This document shows positions 1-9,828 of a DNA stretch of 64,000 nucleotides, in pieces; position 1 is the first letter of the stretch, and each line of letters opens with the position of its first letter. The DNA lies in the NCBI GenBank assembly GCA_963796455.1, contig CAWCLO010000007.1:128001-192000 (forward strand). Direction: 5' to 3'. Origin of the DNA: Candidatus Sulfomarinibacteraceae bacterium (GTDB lineage Bacteria; Acidobacteriota; Thermoanaerobaculia; Thermoanaerobaculales; Sulfomarinibacteraceae). Under the pieces are notes generated by a model, which was not told the DNA's origin, searched no databases, and worked only from the letters and a program-made list of their open reading frames with translations. The position numbers and the translations under genes are program-made.

Positions 1-1971
1 CCTTCCGGCGGAGCGGCGTATTCTGTGACGCTTCCGAAGAGATTTGCGTTTCCGATCGAAGGCACCGTCCCGGTCGGTGATTGGGAGCTCGATGAAGAGG
101 CCGGCCACGGCGGCGTCTGGGGGTTGGATATCGACCTCGATTCGTCATGGACCCTCGAAGCGTCGTTTCGCGGACGCTCTCATCACGATCTGACCCTCAC
201 CTTCACAGGACAGCCGGGCTTCTCGGTCGCGGTCCGCCGGGGATTGATCAATAACGATTGTTTCATCCGTGATTCCACGGGTTCGACCCTGGCCGCCGCC
301 AGCATCGATCCCACGCCGGTGGCGGATCTGGGAGCGATCGGCGCAATCGTATCGAGGGCCGCGGCGATCGCGCTCATCCTCATCGGTTTTTTTTCTTGGC
401 TGCATGGATTCCCCTCACCGGAGCCGCAACAGGCCGGAACCCATCCGCGGGCAAGCAAAGCTCTGGTCGGAGTTCTTGCCCTCGCAGCAACCGCTCTCTC
501 CGCCTGGGTTGCCGTGGACATCTTCGAAAAACTCCCGCATCTGCCGGATTCCGCAACCTATCTCCTGCAGGCGCAGTGGCTGCTCGATGGTCAACTCTGG
601 CAGCCGGCCACTGAGATCCACCAGAGACTGTCGGTGCCCTACACATACGTAATCGGGGAACGGTGGCTCGCCCACTACCCTCCAATGTGGCCGGCAGTTC
701 TGGCTCTCGGTTCAGCCATCGACGCCCCATGGATCGTGTCACCCCTCATCGGCGGTTTCTACATCGTGCTCCTCTTTCTCATCGGCCGCGAGATCGACGG
801 CCCTGAAGTCGGTCTCGTCGCCGCGACCCTGGGCCTCATTTCACCGATGGCCCGTCTGATCTTCGGCAGCATGTTGTCTCACGCAGCCACGGCAACCGCA
901 CTGCTCGCCGCCTTGTGGTTGGTAATGCTCGCGCGCCGCAGGGCCAGTCATGCCCTGGCGCTTTGTGCCGGAATTGCATCCGGTTTCGCCTTCGGAATGC
1001 GGCCCCTTTCTGCGTTCGCAACGGCAATCCCCCTGGCCGGGTTTCTGCTGATTCACGCGGAGAAAAGGCGAGAGCTTCAGCCGCCGCCCGGGCTCGTGCT
1101 CGGTTTCATCGCCGGAGGCACTGCTGCTGCGGTTCCAGCACTGCTTGCCAATCGCCTCATCACGGGCTCGATCACAGCCTTTCCCTACGCGTTGCAACAA
1201 AAATCGATGTACACCATGGCCAATATCCCCTTCGGGATCCGCAATCTGGATGCCCAACTCGTCTCCACTGCCAACACCCTCTTTGGTTGGGGCTGGGACT
1301 GGGTGCACGGGGTGATCCCGGCGGCGCTGGCGCTGTCGTGTGCGATGGTCCCCTTCCTGTTGCGACGAAACAAAACGGGTGATTGGCTGCTGCTGGCGAT
1401 GGTCCTGTCTCTTCTGGTGGCCAACCTCGGTCTGCGAGGCCACGGGCTGCATGGATTCGGGCCCCGGTATCACTTCGAGGCCTTTGCGCCTCTCTTTCTT
1501 CTGACCGCTCGAGGCCTTTTCGAGCTGGCACGCCCCCGGCCGTCCGCGATGATCCGCGAGCGACGGGTCCCGCTCATCGCCGCCATGGCCTTGTTCTTTT
1601 TGCTCTGCCTGCCGGCCGGAGCGATCCTCCCCCACCGTCTCGGGCTTTACCGTTCTTACAACGGAGTCGACTCATCGCTCGAAAGGCAGATCGAGGCCGC
1701 TGGAGTGGGGGAAGCTGTCATCCTCCTGCCAACCGGCAACTGGCGGGGTTGGGCCACGGCGGTACGGATGGGAGGCGCCGACCCCGAGGCTCCAATCCTC
1801 TTCCTGGAGGGAGATCCCGGCGACCCGCAGGTATTTTCGATCGCTGGAGGTCGTCCAGTTTTTGTCTGGGACGAGCCATTCTTACGACCCGTCCTGCCTG
1901 CGACCTCTTTGGAAAGGGAGCAAGGGGGAAAGGTGGAAAGGGAGTTCGCAGATACGCACCCAGGGTCCTGA
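1..1971 (+). CDS. GT-C fold (ArnT/PMT, family 39-like) polytopic membrane glycosyltransferase, probably 5'-truncated by the window edge
   Basis: The frame is open from base 1. It has many TM helices, 'PDSATYLLQA', 'HYPPMWPAVLA' and 'GPRYHFE' motifs typical of ArnT/PMT-like proteins. Confidence 0.65.
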   Translation, partial: PSGGAAYSVTLPKRFAFPIEGTVPVGDWELDEEAGHGGVWGLDIDLDSSWTLEASFRGRSHHDLTLTFTGQPGFSVAVRRGLINNDCFIRDSTGSTLAAASIDPTPVADLGAIGAIVSRAAAIALILIGFFSWLHGFPSPEPQQAGTHPRASKALVGVLALAATALSAWVAVDIFEKLPHLPDSATYLLQAQWLLDGQLWQPATEIHQRLSVPYTYVIGERWLAHYPPMWPAVLALGSAIDAPWIVSPLIGGFYIVLLFLIGREIDGPEVGLVAATLGLISPMARLIFGSMLSHAATATALLAALWLVMLARRRASHALALCAGIASGFAFGMRPLSAFATAIPLAGFLLIHAEKRRELQPPPGLVLGFIAGGTAAAVPALLANRLITGSITAFPYALQQKSMYTMANIPFGIRNLDAQLVSTANTLFGWGWDWVHGVIPAALALSCAMVPFLLRRNKTGDWLLLAMVLSLLVANLGLRGHGLHGFGPRYHFEAFAPLFLLTARGLFELARPRPSAMIRERRVPLIAAMALFFLLCLPAGAILPHRLGLYRSYNGVDSSLERQIEAAGVGEAVILLPTGNWRGWATAVRMGGADPEAPILFLEGDPGDPQVFSIAGGRPVFVWDEPFLRPVLPATSLEREQGGKVEREFADTHPGS

Positions 1972-2036
1972 ACGCAGAGGGTCCCTTCTCACCACGACTC
2001 CGGAGTCTTGCGGGTTTCTGTCATGATGATTTGGCG

Positions 2037-2996
2037 ATGACCGACGGATCACGACCCTGGAGGCCAAGCTATCACCGGATGGCGAGAAGCGGTGAGCTTG
2101 CCGAGCGGGCCCGGCAGCTCGACGAGATGTTGGTCGACTGCACGGTTTGTCCTCGAAAGTGCAGAGTCGACCGCCACAGCGATCTCGGGGATTGCGCCAC
2201 CGGCGCGAAGGCTGTCGTCGCCTCGTGGAACCCTCACCATGGTGAGGAGCCGGTGCTCTCATGCCGCCGTGGATCGGGCACCGTCTTTCTTGCCAACTGC
2301 AACCTGAGCTGTGTCTTCTGTCAAAATCACGAAATTTCCCAGCTGCCTCGAGCATTCAGTGATCGCGCGAGTTCTGACGCGGAGCTGGCAGCGATCTTCC
2401 TCGATCTTCAGGATCGAGGCTGCCACAACATCAACTGGGTCTCGCCGACCCACCAGGTGCCACAACTCGTCAGGGCACTTACGATCGCGGTCCACAGAGG
2501 GCTCGACCTGCCGATCGTGTACAACAGCAACGGCTACGACGCACCAGAGACGCTGCGTCTGCTCGACGGCGTCATCGACATCTACATGCCGGACCTCAAA
2601 TACGCGGACTCCGACACAGGCTGCCGACTCTCCGGTGTGGATGATTACCCGTTGCGAGCGCGTGCGGCCTTGAAGGAGATGCACCGCCAGGTTGCGGATA
2701 CCTGGCAGATCGGACCGGAAGGTGAACTGCAACGAGGGATTCTTATACGAATGCTCGTGCTCCCGGGCGGGCTCGCCGGGATCGAGGAGAATATCGAATG
2801 GATCTCACACGAGCTCTCGCCCCGAGTGACGATCTCCCTCCTCGCCCAATACCACCCCTCACATAGGGTCCCGCGCAGCCCCGCCCTGCACGATCTCGAC
2901 CGGACAGTCAACCGTGACGAATGGCGGCTCGCGGTGGGGGCCCTCCGCCAATACATGGAGGGTGACAGGCACTACGTTCAGGGAGTGAATATGTGA
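2037..2996 (+). CDS. PflX-like radical SAM protein
   Basis: N-terminal 'CTVCPRKCRVDR', 'HHGEEP', radical SAM 'CNLSCVFCQN' and 'DIYMPDLKY'. Start taken at ATG 2037 within the longer ORF. Confidence 0.85.
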   Translation: MTDGSRPWRPSYHRMARSGELAERARQLDEMLVDCTVCPRKCRVDRHSDLGDCATGAKAVVASWNPHHGEEPVLSCRRGSGTVFLANCNLSCVFCQNHEISQLPRAFSDRASSDAELAAIFLDLQDRGCHNINWVSPTHQVPQLVRALTIAVHRGLDLPIVYNSNGYDAPETLRLLDGVIDIYMPDLKYADSDTGCRLSGVDDYPLRARAALKEMHRQVADTWQIGPEGELQRGILIRMLVLPGGLAGIEENIEWISHELSPRVTISLLAQYHPSHRVPRSPALHDLDRTVNRDEWRLAVGALRQYMEGDRHYVQGVNM

Positions 2997-3025
2997 GGCA
3001 GTAGCTGCCGGACGAAGAGGTTTTA

Positions 3026-3111
3026 TCCGATCCCGTTGCCGATCCCGTTTCGGCCGTTTGTTTGCCGGATAGGGATCGAGAACGGGATCGGGAACGGAGT
3101 CGGGCACGGGT
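3026..3111. repeat. Inverted bracket of hexamer repeats (CCCGAT/CCCGTT ... CGGGAT/CGGGAA)
   Basis: 'ccgatcccgttgccgatcccgtt' is followed by the complementary 'gggatcgagaacgggatcgggaacggagtcggg', just upstream of polA. Confidence 0.7.
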
Positions 3112-3123
3112 ACACTGTCCCTC

Positions 3124-5793
3124 ATGAACGACAAGAAACGCAAAACGTTGTATCTGATCGATGGGCCGAATATGGCATTCCGCGCGTTCTTCGCGATCGG
3201 CGGAATGACGAACTCGCGGGGCCTCCCCACCAATGCACTCTTCGGTTTTACGAATATGCTGATCAAGCTGATCCGAGACGAAGAGCCCGATTTCCTCGCG
3301 ATTACCTGGGACCCGAAGGGAGGGACCTTTCGTGACCGCCTTTTCCCGGATTACAAAGGCACCCGATCAGAGATGCCCGGCGCCCTCCGCGAACAGATGC
3401 CACATTTTTCCAGGATTGCCGAAGCCTTCGGCGTGCCCTTTCTGTGCATCGATGACTTCGAGGCCGACGATGTGATGGGCACACTCGCGCGTCGGTACGA
3501 GGACGAAATCGATGTCGTTCTGGTGACCTCGGACAAAGATCTGATGCAACTCGTTTCCGACCACATCACCCTGTTCGACTCGATGAAGGACCGCAAGATT
3601 TCATTTCCGGAGGTCGACGAAAAGTTCGGGTGCCCGCCGCATCTGGTACCGGATGCCCTTGGGATCTGGGGTGACTCGTCAGACAACATCCCTGGAGTCA
3701 AGGGGATCGGTGAAAAAGGCGCCAAGGCGCTCCTGGCGAAATGGCAAGGGCTCGAGGAGATTTACGCCAATATCGATGCTGTGACCCCCCCGGGCGCGAA
3801 AGCAAAGCTCGAAAACAACCGCGACAACGCGTTTCTCTCCCGAGACCTGGCCACCATTCGCGTCGACGCCCCGGTCGAGATCGATCTCGAGGATCTGAAG
3901 CTCCACTACCCGCCACCGGAAGATCGAGCTCAGGAGATCTTTGGCGATCTGGAGTTCCGAGGTCTGCTCAAACAATTCGGCGGCGAATTGGCGGGGGTCG
4001 ACCGCAGCAACTATCGAATGGTGGTCACCGAGGAAGAGCTTCGCGCGATGCGCGCATCGCTCGAGGACAGCGGGCGTTTTGCCCTCGACACCGAAACCAC
4101 ATCCCTCGATGCCATGAGGGCGGAGCTGGTAGGCCTTTCGTTTTGTTGTGACGACAAGATCGCGTTTTATGTGCCGGTGGCCCACGCCACCCTGGACTAT
4201 CAGCTCGACTGGAAGACCGTACGATCGGAGATGGCGGCACTGCTCGAGGACCCCTCTATCGGAAAAACCGGCCAACACCTCAAATACGATCTCAAGATCC
4301 TCGCCCGCCACGGGGTGGATCTCGATGGCATCGACGGCGACACCCTGCTCGCCGATTATCTACTGAGCCCCGACCGGCGTTCGCACAAGCTCGACGATCT
4401 CGCCCTGATCCATCTTTCCCACCGGATGATTCCCTACAAAGAGGTCGCCGGGGACAAGGAGAGCTTTGCCCAGGTGCCGCTCGACGAGGCCCGTGATTAC
4501 GCTGCAGAGGATGCCCATATCACCTGGCTCCTCGACGCCAAACTCACACCGACCCTGAAGTCTGACGGGCTCGAGTCTCTCTACCGGGATCTCGAGATCC
4601 CATTGATCCGGGTCCTGGCCCGGATGGAAATGAACGGCATCGAGGTCGACCGGGAGGTTTTGAACGAGTTGTCGACCGAGCTTGCGGCAGGCATTGCCGA
4701 AGCGGAGGCACGCTGCTTCGAAGCAGCCGGTGAGGAATTCAAGATCGGTTCGGTCAAACAACTGCGCGAAATCCTCTTCGAAAAGCTCGAATTACCGGTG
4801 ATCAAGAAGACCAAAACCGGACCATCCACCAACGAACAGGTGCTCTCTGAACTCGCCATTCAGCATCCTCTACCGCGCGCGATCCTCGACTATCGCTCAC
4901 TGGTCAAGCTCAAAAACACCTACGTCGATCCCCTGCCCGAAATGATCAATCCGGATACCGGCCGGATCCACACTCACTATTCGCAGACCACCGCCGCGAC
5001 CGGAAGGCTCTCTTCCACCGATCCCAACCTCCAGAACATCCCGGTTCGAACCGAGGAGGGTCGGCGCATCCGGACCGCGTTCGTCGCGCCAAAAGGCAGA
5101 GTGCTTCTGGCTGCTGACTATTCGCAGATCGAACTCCGAATCCTCGCCCACCTGTGCGGAGGGGTCGGCGGCTTTGCCGACGCTTTCGAACGTGGCGCCG
5201 ATGTCCATCGCGAGACTGCAGCTGGGCTTTTCGACCTCGCACCGGAAGACGTGACCCGCGAAATGAGGACCATCGCCAAAGCGGTCAACTTCGGCATCAT
5301 CTACGGCCAGAGTGCTTTTGGTCTGGCCCAGACCCAACGCATCTCGCGTGGTGAGGCTGCCGACTACATCAAGCGATACAAAGAGCGTTTTCCCGAGATC
5401 GAAGACTACCGCCAGCGTACTCTCGCGGCTGCCGCCGAAAACGGCTATGTGGAGACGCTGATGGGCCGGCGGCGACCGGTGCCGGATCTCGCCAGTGGAA
5501 ATTTCATGGCCCGCGCCGCCGCCGAAAGGGTGGCGGTCAACACCCCGGTTCAGGGTTCGGCGGCCGATCTCATCAAAAAGGCAATGCTGACGGTGGATGC
5601 CCGCCTCCAATCGGAGTTCTCCGGCCAGCTTTTGTTGCTTCAGGTCCATGACGAGCTACTTCTGGAAGTGGACAAGGACCTGGTCGACGACGTCACTGAG
5701 ATGGTTCGCCACGAGATGGTGTCCGCCATGAAGCTCTCGGTGCCGTTGGTGGTTGACGTGGGAATCGGGAAGAATTGGGATGAGGCGCATTGA
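3124..5793 (+). CDS. polA: DNA polymerase I
   Basis: 5'-3' exonuclease (LIDG, EADD, SDKD, GDSSDNIPGV), 3'-5' exonuclease 'DTET', polymerase motifs 'DYSQIELR', 'KAVNFGIIYG', 'QVHDEL'. Confidence 0.98.
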   Translation: MNDKKRKTLYLIDGPNMAFRAFFAIGGMTNSRGLPTNALFGFTNMLIKLIRDEEPDFLAITWDPKGGTFRDRLFPDYKGTRSEMPGALREQMPHFSRIAEAFGVPFLCIDDFEADDVMGTLARRYEDEIDVVLVTSDKDLMQLVSDHITLFDSMKDRKISFPEVDEKFGCPPHLVPDALGIWGDSSDNIPGVKGIGEKGAKALLAKWQGLEEIYANIDAVTPPGAKAKLENNRDNAFLSRDLATIRVDAPVEIDLEDLKLHYPPPEDRAQEIFGDLEFRGLLKQFGGELAGVDRSNYRMVVTEEELRAMRASLEDSGRFALDTETTSLDAMRAELVGLSFCCDDKIAFYVPVAHATLDYQLDWKTVRSEMAALLEDPSIGKTGQHLKYDLKILARHGVDLDGIDGDTLLADYLLSPDRRSHKLDDLALIHLSHRMIPYKEVAGDKESFAQVPLDEARDYAAEDAHITWLLDAKLTPTLKSDGLESLYRDLEIPLIRVLARMEMNGIEVDREVLNELSTELAAGIAEAEARCFEAAGEEFKIGSVKQLREILFEKLELPVIKKTKTGPSTNEQVLSELAIQHPLPRAILDYRSLVKLKNTYVDPLPEMINPDTGRIHTHYSQTTAATGRLSSTDPNLQNIPVRTEEGRRIRTAFVAPKGRVLLAADYSQIELRILAHLCGGVGGFADAFERGADVHRETAAGLFDLAPEDVTREMRTIAKAVNFGIIYGQSAFGLAQTQRISRGEAADYIKRYKERFPEIEDYRQRTLAAAAENGYVETLMGRRRPVPDLASGNFMARAAAERVAVNTPVQGSAADLIKKAMLTVDARLQSEFSGQLLLLQVHDELLLEVDKDLVDDVTEMVRHEMVSAMKLSVPLVVDVGIGKNWDEAH

Positions 5794-5819
5794 TGAATTT
5801 GGAGTTAGGAATTAGGAAT

Positions 5820-6343
5820 CACTCTTGTCCAAGACAGTGTCTCGGACAATGATCAGGGACGGCGACAGTGATCAGCGTCAGCGACAGGCAACAGCGAACA
5901 GTGAGCAGCGACAGGGAACAGCGGTCAGCGATCGGCGGCAGCGGTCAAGACTCCAGGCGACGCAGTGGCCACCTTCGGGTCGTTCAACAGAAGGGGCCGC
6001 CACCCCGGCTTGTGGGTATGGGCATGAACGACCCGGAGGTGACCATGTCCCCAGCCGCCACGAACACCAACCTCGTTGCCCTCTCGAAAGCCCTCGAAGC
6101 AGCGGGAATCGCGATCAAGCTCGTGATGAGGGCTCCAGACCAGTCAAACGTGACGCTGACTACTGTTCGCTGACGCTGAAAACTGATCGCTGCTCACTGT
6201 CGCTGTCGCTGGACACTGTCGCTGCCGCTGCATTTCGGGATCGGGAACGGGCCTATCGCCAACGGATATGCCAACAACCAACCCGTACACCACGGGTTGT
6301 CAGGTGGGAAACTTCAAGTAACGATCTGTTTCGGACAGCAGTG
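5820..6343. mobile_element. Non-autonomous CACT-TIR element, copy 1 (deleted derivative; inner cassette inverted relative to the ends)
   Basis: Left end is cactcttgtccaagacag and right end is ctgtttcggacagcagtg, with AT on both flanks. High similarity to 45914-46764. Confidence 0.8.
6045..6173 (+). pseudogene. Four-helix-bundle protein, 5' fragment
   Basis: MSPAATNTNLVALSKALEAAGIAIKLVMRAP matches the N-terminus of 46281-46634, then runs into the repeat arm. Confidence 0.8.
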
Positions 6344-6479
6344 ATTGGGAATGAGGAAACGGGAGTTTCGGATTTCGGATTTCTGAACGACACCCTCACG
6401 AAAGGGAGTGATTTCGATTGCTCCGGGCCGGGGAAAGAGGCCCGGCGAAAACGGGCAACCGGTTGACCACGACCCACCG

Positions 6480-6670
6480 CGGGCGTAGTGTGAATTCAAC
6501 AGAGCGACATCAGGGAAGTCCGGTGAAAATCCGGCGCGGCCCCCGCCACTGTGACCGGGTACGAATCGTTCACGAGAGACGCCATCGGAGTTCATCTCAG
6601 CCACTGGTCGGATTTCGACTGGGAAGGCGAACGGTTACGGCTGATCCGGGAGCCAGGAGACCGGCCGTTC
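6480..6670 (+). promoter_or_regulatory. Cobalamin (B12) riboswitch
   Basis: Signature segments 'agggaagtccggtgaaaatccggcgcggcccccgccactgtga', 'agccactg...ctgggaaggc' and B12 box 'gagccaggagaccggcc' lie upstream of a TonB-dependent receptor. The 5' boundary is approximate. Confidence 0.92.
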
Positions 6671-6695
6671 TGAAAAACGAAACGGGAGGTTTCTG

Positions 6696-8597
6696 ATGAG
6701 AAACAGAGTCCATTCGATCGGCCCTATCGTCGCATTTCCGGTGATGGCCATGTTGCTGGCGATTCCAGCGTCTGCACAATACCCACCGACCATTCCAGGC
6801 CAACCACAGCCAACCTTTTCTGACGAGGTGACGGTGACCGCGACCGGCGTCGAAACGGCGGTGGATGATGCCCCGACCGCGGTCACCGTCGTCACGCGGG
6901 ACGAGATCGACGACCTGCAGTCAGGTTCGGTGGCCGACATGCTGAGACGTGTTCCAGGTCTTTCGGTCATCGCCTCGGGTGACGCTGGAAAGGTGACCTC
7001 GGTCTTTACCCGCGGCACCGCATCCAACCAGACGCTGGTGATGCTGGACGGCGTCCGCCTCAACTCGCCCTATTTCGGCGGCTACGATCTCAGCAACCTG
7101 AGCACCAACGGCTTGAGCCAGATCGAAGTTGCACGAGGGCCATACTCCGCCCTCTGGGGAGCCGACGCCGTCGGCGGCGTCATCAACCTGATTCCGGTTC
7201 GTGCCAAGGGTGGCTTCAACGGCCGTTTCTTTGGCGAGGGAGGCAACGATGGCTGGCAGCGTCTGGAGGCGGACATCGGTTGGGGCTCAAAATCATTCGA
7301 CATTTATGCTTCGGGTTTCGATCGACGGAACGACGGTGAACTGGAGAACTCCGACTACAAAAATCGCCAGATCCTGCTGACCGCCGGTTACCGGTGGGGC
7401 ATCAGGAACAGCCGGATCGGAGTGCTCGTACAGGACCTCGAGTCGGAGACAGGAATCCCCTATGCAACTCCCGGTTCACCGACACCAGATCGTCGCCAGG
7501 AGAGCAATCAACGCTTGATCGCGATGCCAATCGACTGGTGGTTGTCGGAAAAGTGGAATATCGATCTGACCCTGTCGAGGGTCAACGGAGAATTCCAGTT
7601 TTCTGATCCCGACGACCCACTCTTCCCCTATTCAGAGACCGAAACCACCTCGACCCAGGCGCGCTTTGCCAGCAACCACATGCTTGGAGGCCACACATTC
7701 AGCTGGGGCGGAGAATGGCGGGAAGAGGAGGTCACCGATTCCTCGATCTACGGGACCAATCTGGACCGCGAAAAGATCAAGATCACGAGTTTTCTCCTCC
7801 AGGACATGTGGAAGATCAGCCCTGATGTTCGGCTTCTGGTGGGCATGCGTTGGGATGAAGCCGAAGAATGGGGCTCCGAAGTCTCGCCGCGGGGCGATCT
7901 CGGCTGGCAGATCACACCGAATCTCGAATTCCGCGCCGGTTACGGAGAAGGCTTTCGCCCGCCGTCAGTCGGCGAGCTCTACTATCCCTTTGCGGGGAAC
8001 CCCGAGCTCGAGGCCGAAACCTCTTCTTCGACCGACTTCGGTCTCGCCTATATCACCAAGGGCCGGCGCGCGAAATGGGCTGTCACCGCGTTTTCAACCA
8101 AACTGGACAACCTCATCGAGTACGATTTTGCATCCTCCACCAACATCAATATCGGAACCGCGAAGATCCGCGGCGCCGAATTGAGCTGGGACCACAGCCT
8201 CGGTCGCCGCGGCGCCTCTTTGATGCAGGCTACCTATCTCGACACCGAGAACGACCTGGGGGATCCATTGCTGCGACGGCCCGAATGGAGCGGATCGTGG
8301 ACGATCCACGGGGCCTTTTCCTCCCACTTCACCGGTGATCTCGCGGTGATCTATGTCGGTGCGCGTTGGGACGTGGACCCGACAACTTTTGTCCGGAGCG
8401 AGAATTCGAGCTATACGACGGGCAATATCTCGCTGGCCTACAGCATCTGGGATGGCGTGGAAATCACAGGCAGAGTCCTGAATGTGATGGGCAAGGAGTA
8501 CGAAGAAGTTCTCGGATACCCCGCCCAGGGCCGACGCTGGATGTTCGGGCTGCGCCTCGGGGTCGACACGCCCGAGCGTTGGCAACGGAATCCGTGA
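6696..8597 (+). CDS. btuB: TonB-dependent receptor, probable vitamin B12 transporter
   Basis: Signal peptide, TonB box 'DEVTVTAT', plug motifs ('LRRVPGL', 'IEVARGPYSALWGADAVGGVIN'), and position behind a B12 riboswitch. Confidence 0.85.
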   Translation: MRNRVHSIGPIVAFPVMAMLLAIPASAQYPPTIPGQPQPTFSDEVTVTATGVETAVDDAPTAVTVVTRDEIDDLQSGSVADMLRRVPGLSVIASGDAGKVTSVFTRGTASNQTLVMLDGVRLNSPYFGGYDLSNLSTNGLSQIEVARGPYSALWGADAVGGVINLIPVRAKGGFNGRFFGEGGNDGWQRLEADIGWGSKSFDIYASGFDRRNDGELENSDYKNRQILLTAGYRWGIRNSRIGVLVQDLESETGIPYATPGSPTPDRRQESNQRLIAMPIDWWLSEKWNIDLTLSRVNGEFQFSDPDDPLFPYSETETTSTQARFASNHMLGGHTFSWGGEWREEEVTDSSIYGTNLDREKIKITSFLLQDMWKISPDVRLLVGMRWDEAEEWGSEVSPRGDLGWQITPNLEFRAGYGEGFRPPSVGELYYPFAGNPELEAETSSSTDFGLAYITKGRRAKWAVTAFSTKLDNLIEYDFASSTNINIGTAKIRGAELSWDHSLGRRGASLMQATYLDTENDLGDPLLRRPEWSGSWTIHGAFSSHFTGDLAVIYVGARWDVDPTTFVRSENSSYTTGNISLAYSIWDGVEITGRVLNVMGKEYEEVLGYPAQGRRWMFGLRLGVDTPERWQRNP

Positions 8598-8771
8598 TCT
8601 ACCGGGGATGACCCGCCCTGGTTGAGTTGTAACCAATTTGTAAATTCCAGCAAAGAGCTGAAGAATGTGAAACCCGACCCCGAAAACCGCGTAGATGACC
8701 TGGTATAGTGTGATTGAGATCGCGAATCACTCTCCAAACTATGGGGAGACGAACCCGAAAGGAGCTCAGGA

Positions 8772-9353
8772 ATGAAAAAGACGATGTTGGTGCTCGGTGT
8801 CATGGTGTGTGCAACTCTGTTGGTAAGTCCCGCCCTTGCCTGTGACGGCAAAGGAGAGGCGAAGCAGGCCAGCAATGACGGTTCCACCTGTGACAAATCC
8901 GAGGTGAAGAACGCAAGCAACGATGGCGCGTCCTGCGACAAGTCCGAAGTCAAGAACGCGAGCAACGATGGCGCGACCTGTGACAAGTCTGAGGTCAAGA
9001 ACGCGAGCAACGATGGCGCAACCTGCTCCAAGTCTGCCGCCCAGGCCGCTTATGCCAAGACTCTCGAAGAGACCGGTTGCGAGAAGACCGCCAAGACCGC
9101 CTATGTGAATTCTCTCGCTGAGAATGTCTACGCCAAGACCTACAGCGAGAAGGGCTGCAGCAAGACCGCCCAGACCGCCGCCTACGATGCGGTCCTTTCG
9201 GAGACCAGCTGCACGAAGACCTCGTCCTCCGCCGCGACCCATGCGGTTGCCAAGGCTTCCTACGACGAGACCCTTGCCAAGACCGGCTGCTCGATGACCG
9301 CCCAGAAGGCGTACGACGAGACCGCCGAGACCGTCAAGCTCGCTTCCAAGTAA
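8772..9353 (+). CDS. Secreted Cys-containing repeat protein of unknown function
   Basis: SD aaggag and a Sec signal peptide. About 3.6 copies of a 15-aa repeat (ASNDGATCDKSEVKN), then repeated AY..L.ETGC.KTA units, followed by a terminator. Confidence 0.8.
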   Translation: MKKTMLVLGVMVCATLLVSPALACDGKGEAKQASNDGSTCDKSEVKNASNDGASCDKSEVKNASNDGATCDKSEVKNASNDGATCSKSAAQAAYAKTLEETGCEKTAKTAYVNSLAENVYAKTYSEKGCSKTAQTAAYDAVLSETSCTKTSSSAATHAVAKASYDETLAKTGCSMTAQKAYDETAETVKLASK

Positions 9354-9374
9354 ACACTCCGATACTCAACTCCA

Positions 9375-9408
9375 ACACCCGGGCCAGACGGCCCGGGTGT
9401 TTTTTTGT
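9375..9408 (+). terminator. Rho-independent terminator
   Basis: acacccgggcc-agac-ggcccgggtgt hairpin followed by a T-run. Confidence 0.85.
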
Positions 9409-9483
9409 GACCTGGGGCACAGACCCGCTTCCTCAAAGGTGCCATCTTGCTGGGAGGGGGGTGCTGTGCAGAAGGGACCTGAT

Positions 9484-9810
9484 ATGGCTCAGCCACGATC
9501 GCGCCGACTTCGTCTCCTCGAGAGCTTGCGCCGTACGATCAGTGAAATGTTGCACTCGCGGGTGCAACGCGCCGCGTCGGCCAGGGGCCACGGAGCTCCG
9601 CATAACACGAGCTCTATTTACGTCTCGGCCGAAGAGGAAGCGCCGGAGCTCCTCGAACAGCTTCTTTTCGTTCACCGCCGGGTCGCGGAAGAACGAGGAG
9701 AAGCGTCGGGAGCGGCCCCGCAGGATCAGCTTGCCGACACCGAACGCAAGGCAATGCTTTCGGCGGTTCGGGCCGCGGTCAACCGCTCGCGTGAGAGTCT
9801 CGAAACCTGA
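9484..9810 (+). CDS. Hypothetical protein
   Basis: ORF with a plausible SD (gaaggga) filling the gap, convergent with plsC. No family recognised. Confidence 0.5.
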   Translation: MAQPRSRRLRLLESLRRTISEMLHSRVQRAASARGHGAPHNTSSIYVSAEEEAPELLEQLLFVHRRVAEERGEASGAAPQDQLADTERKAMLSAVRAAVNRSRESLET

Positions 9811-9828
9811 TCCGTTTCGCAGCCGCTG

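Noticed and set aside
5825..6466. 213-aa ORF and similar QRQRQ-rich ORFs at the element copies
   Set aside because: Read-through of stop-poor CAGCGA arms, with no protein-like features or transposase motifs.
8868..9030. CRISPR-like array
   Set aside because: These are contiguous 45-nt in-frame coding repeats with no unique spacers and no cas genes.
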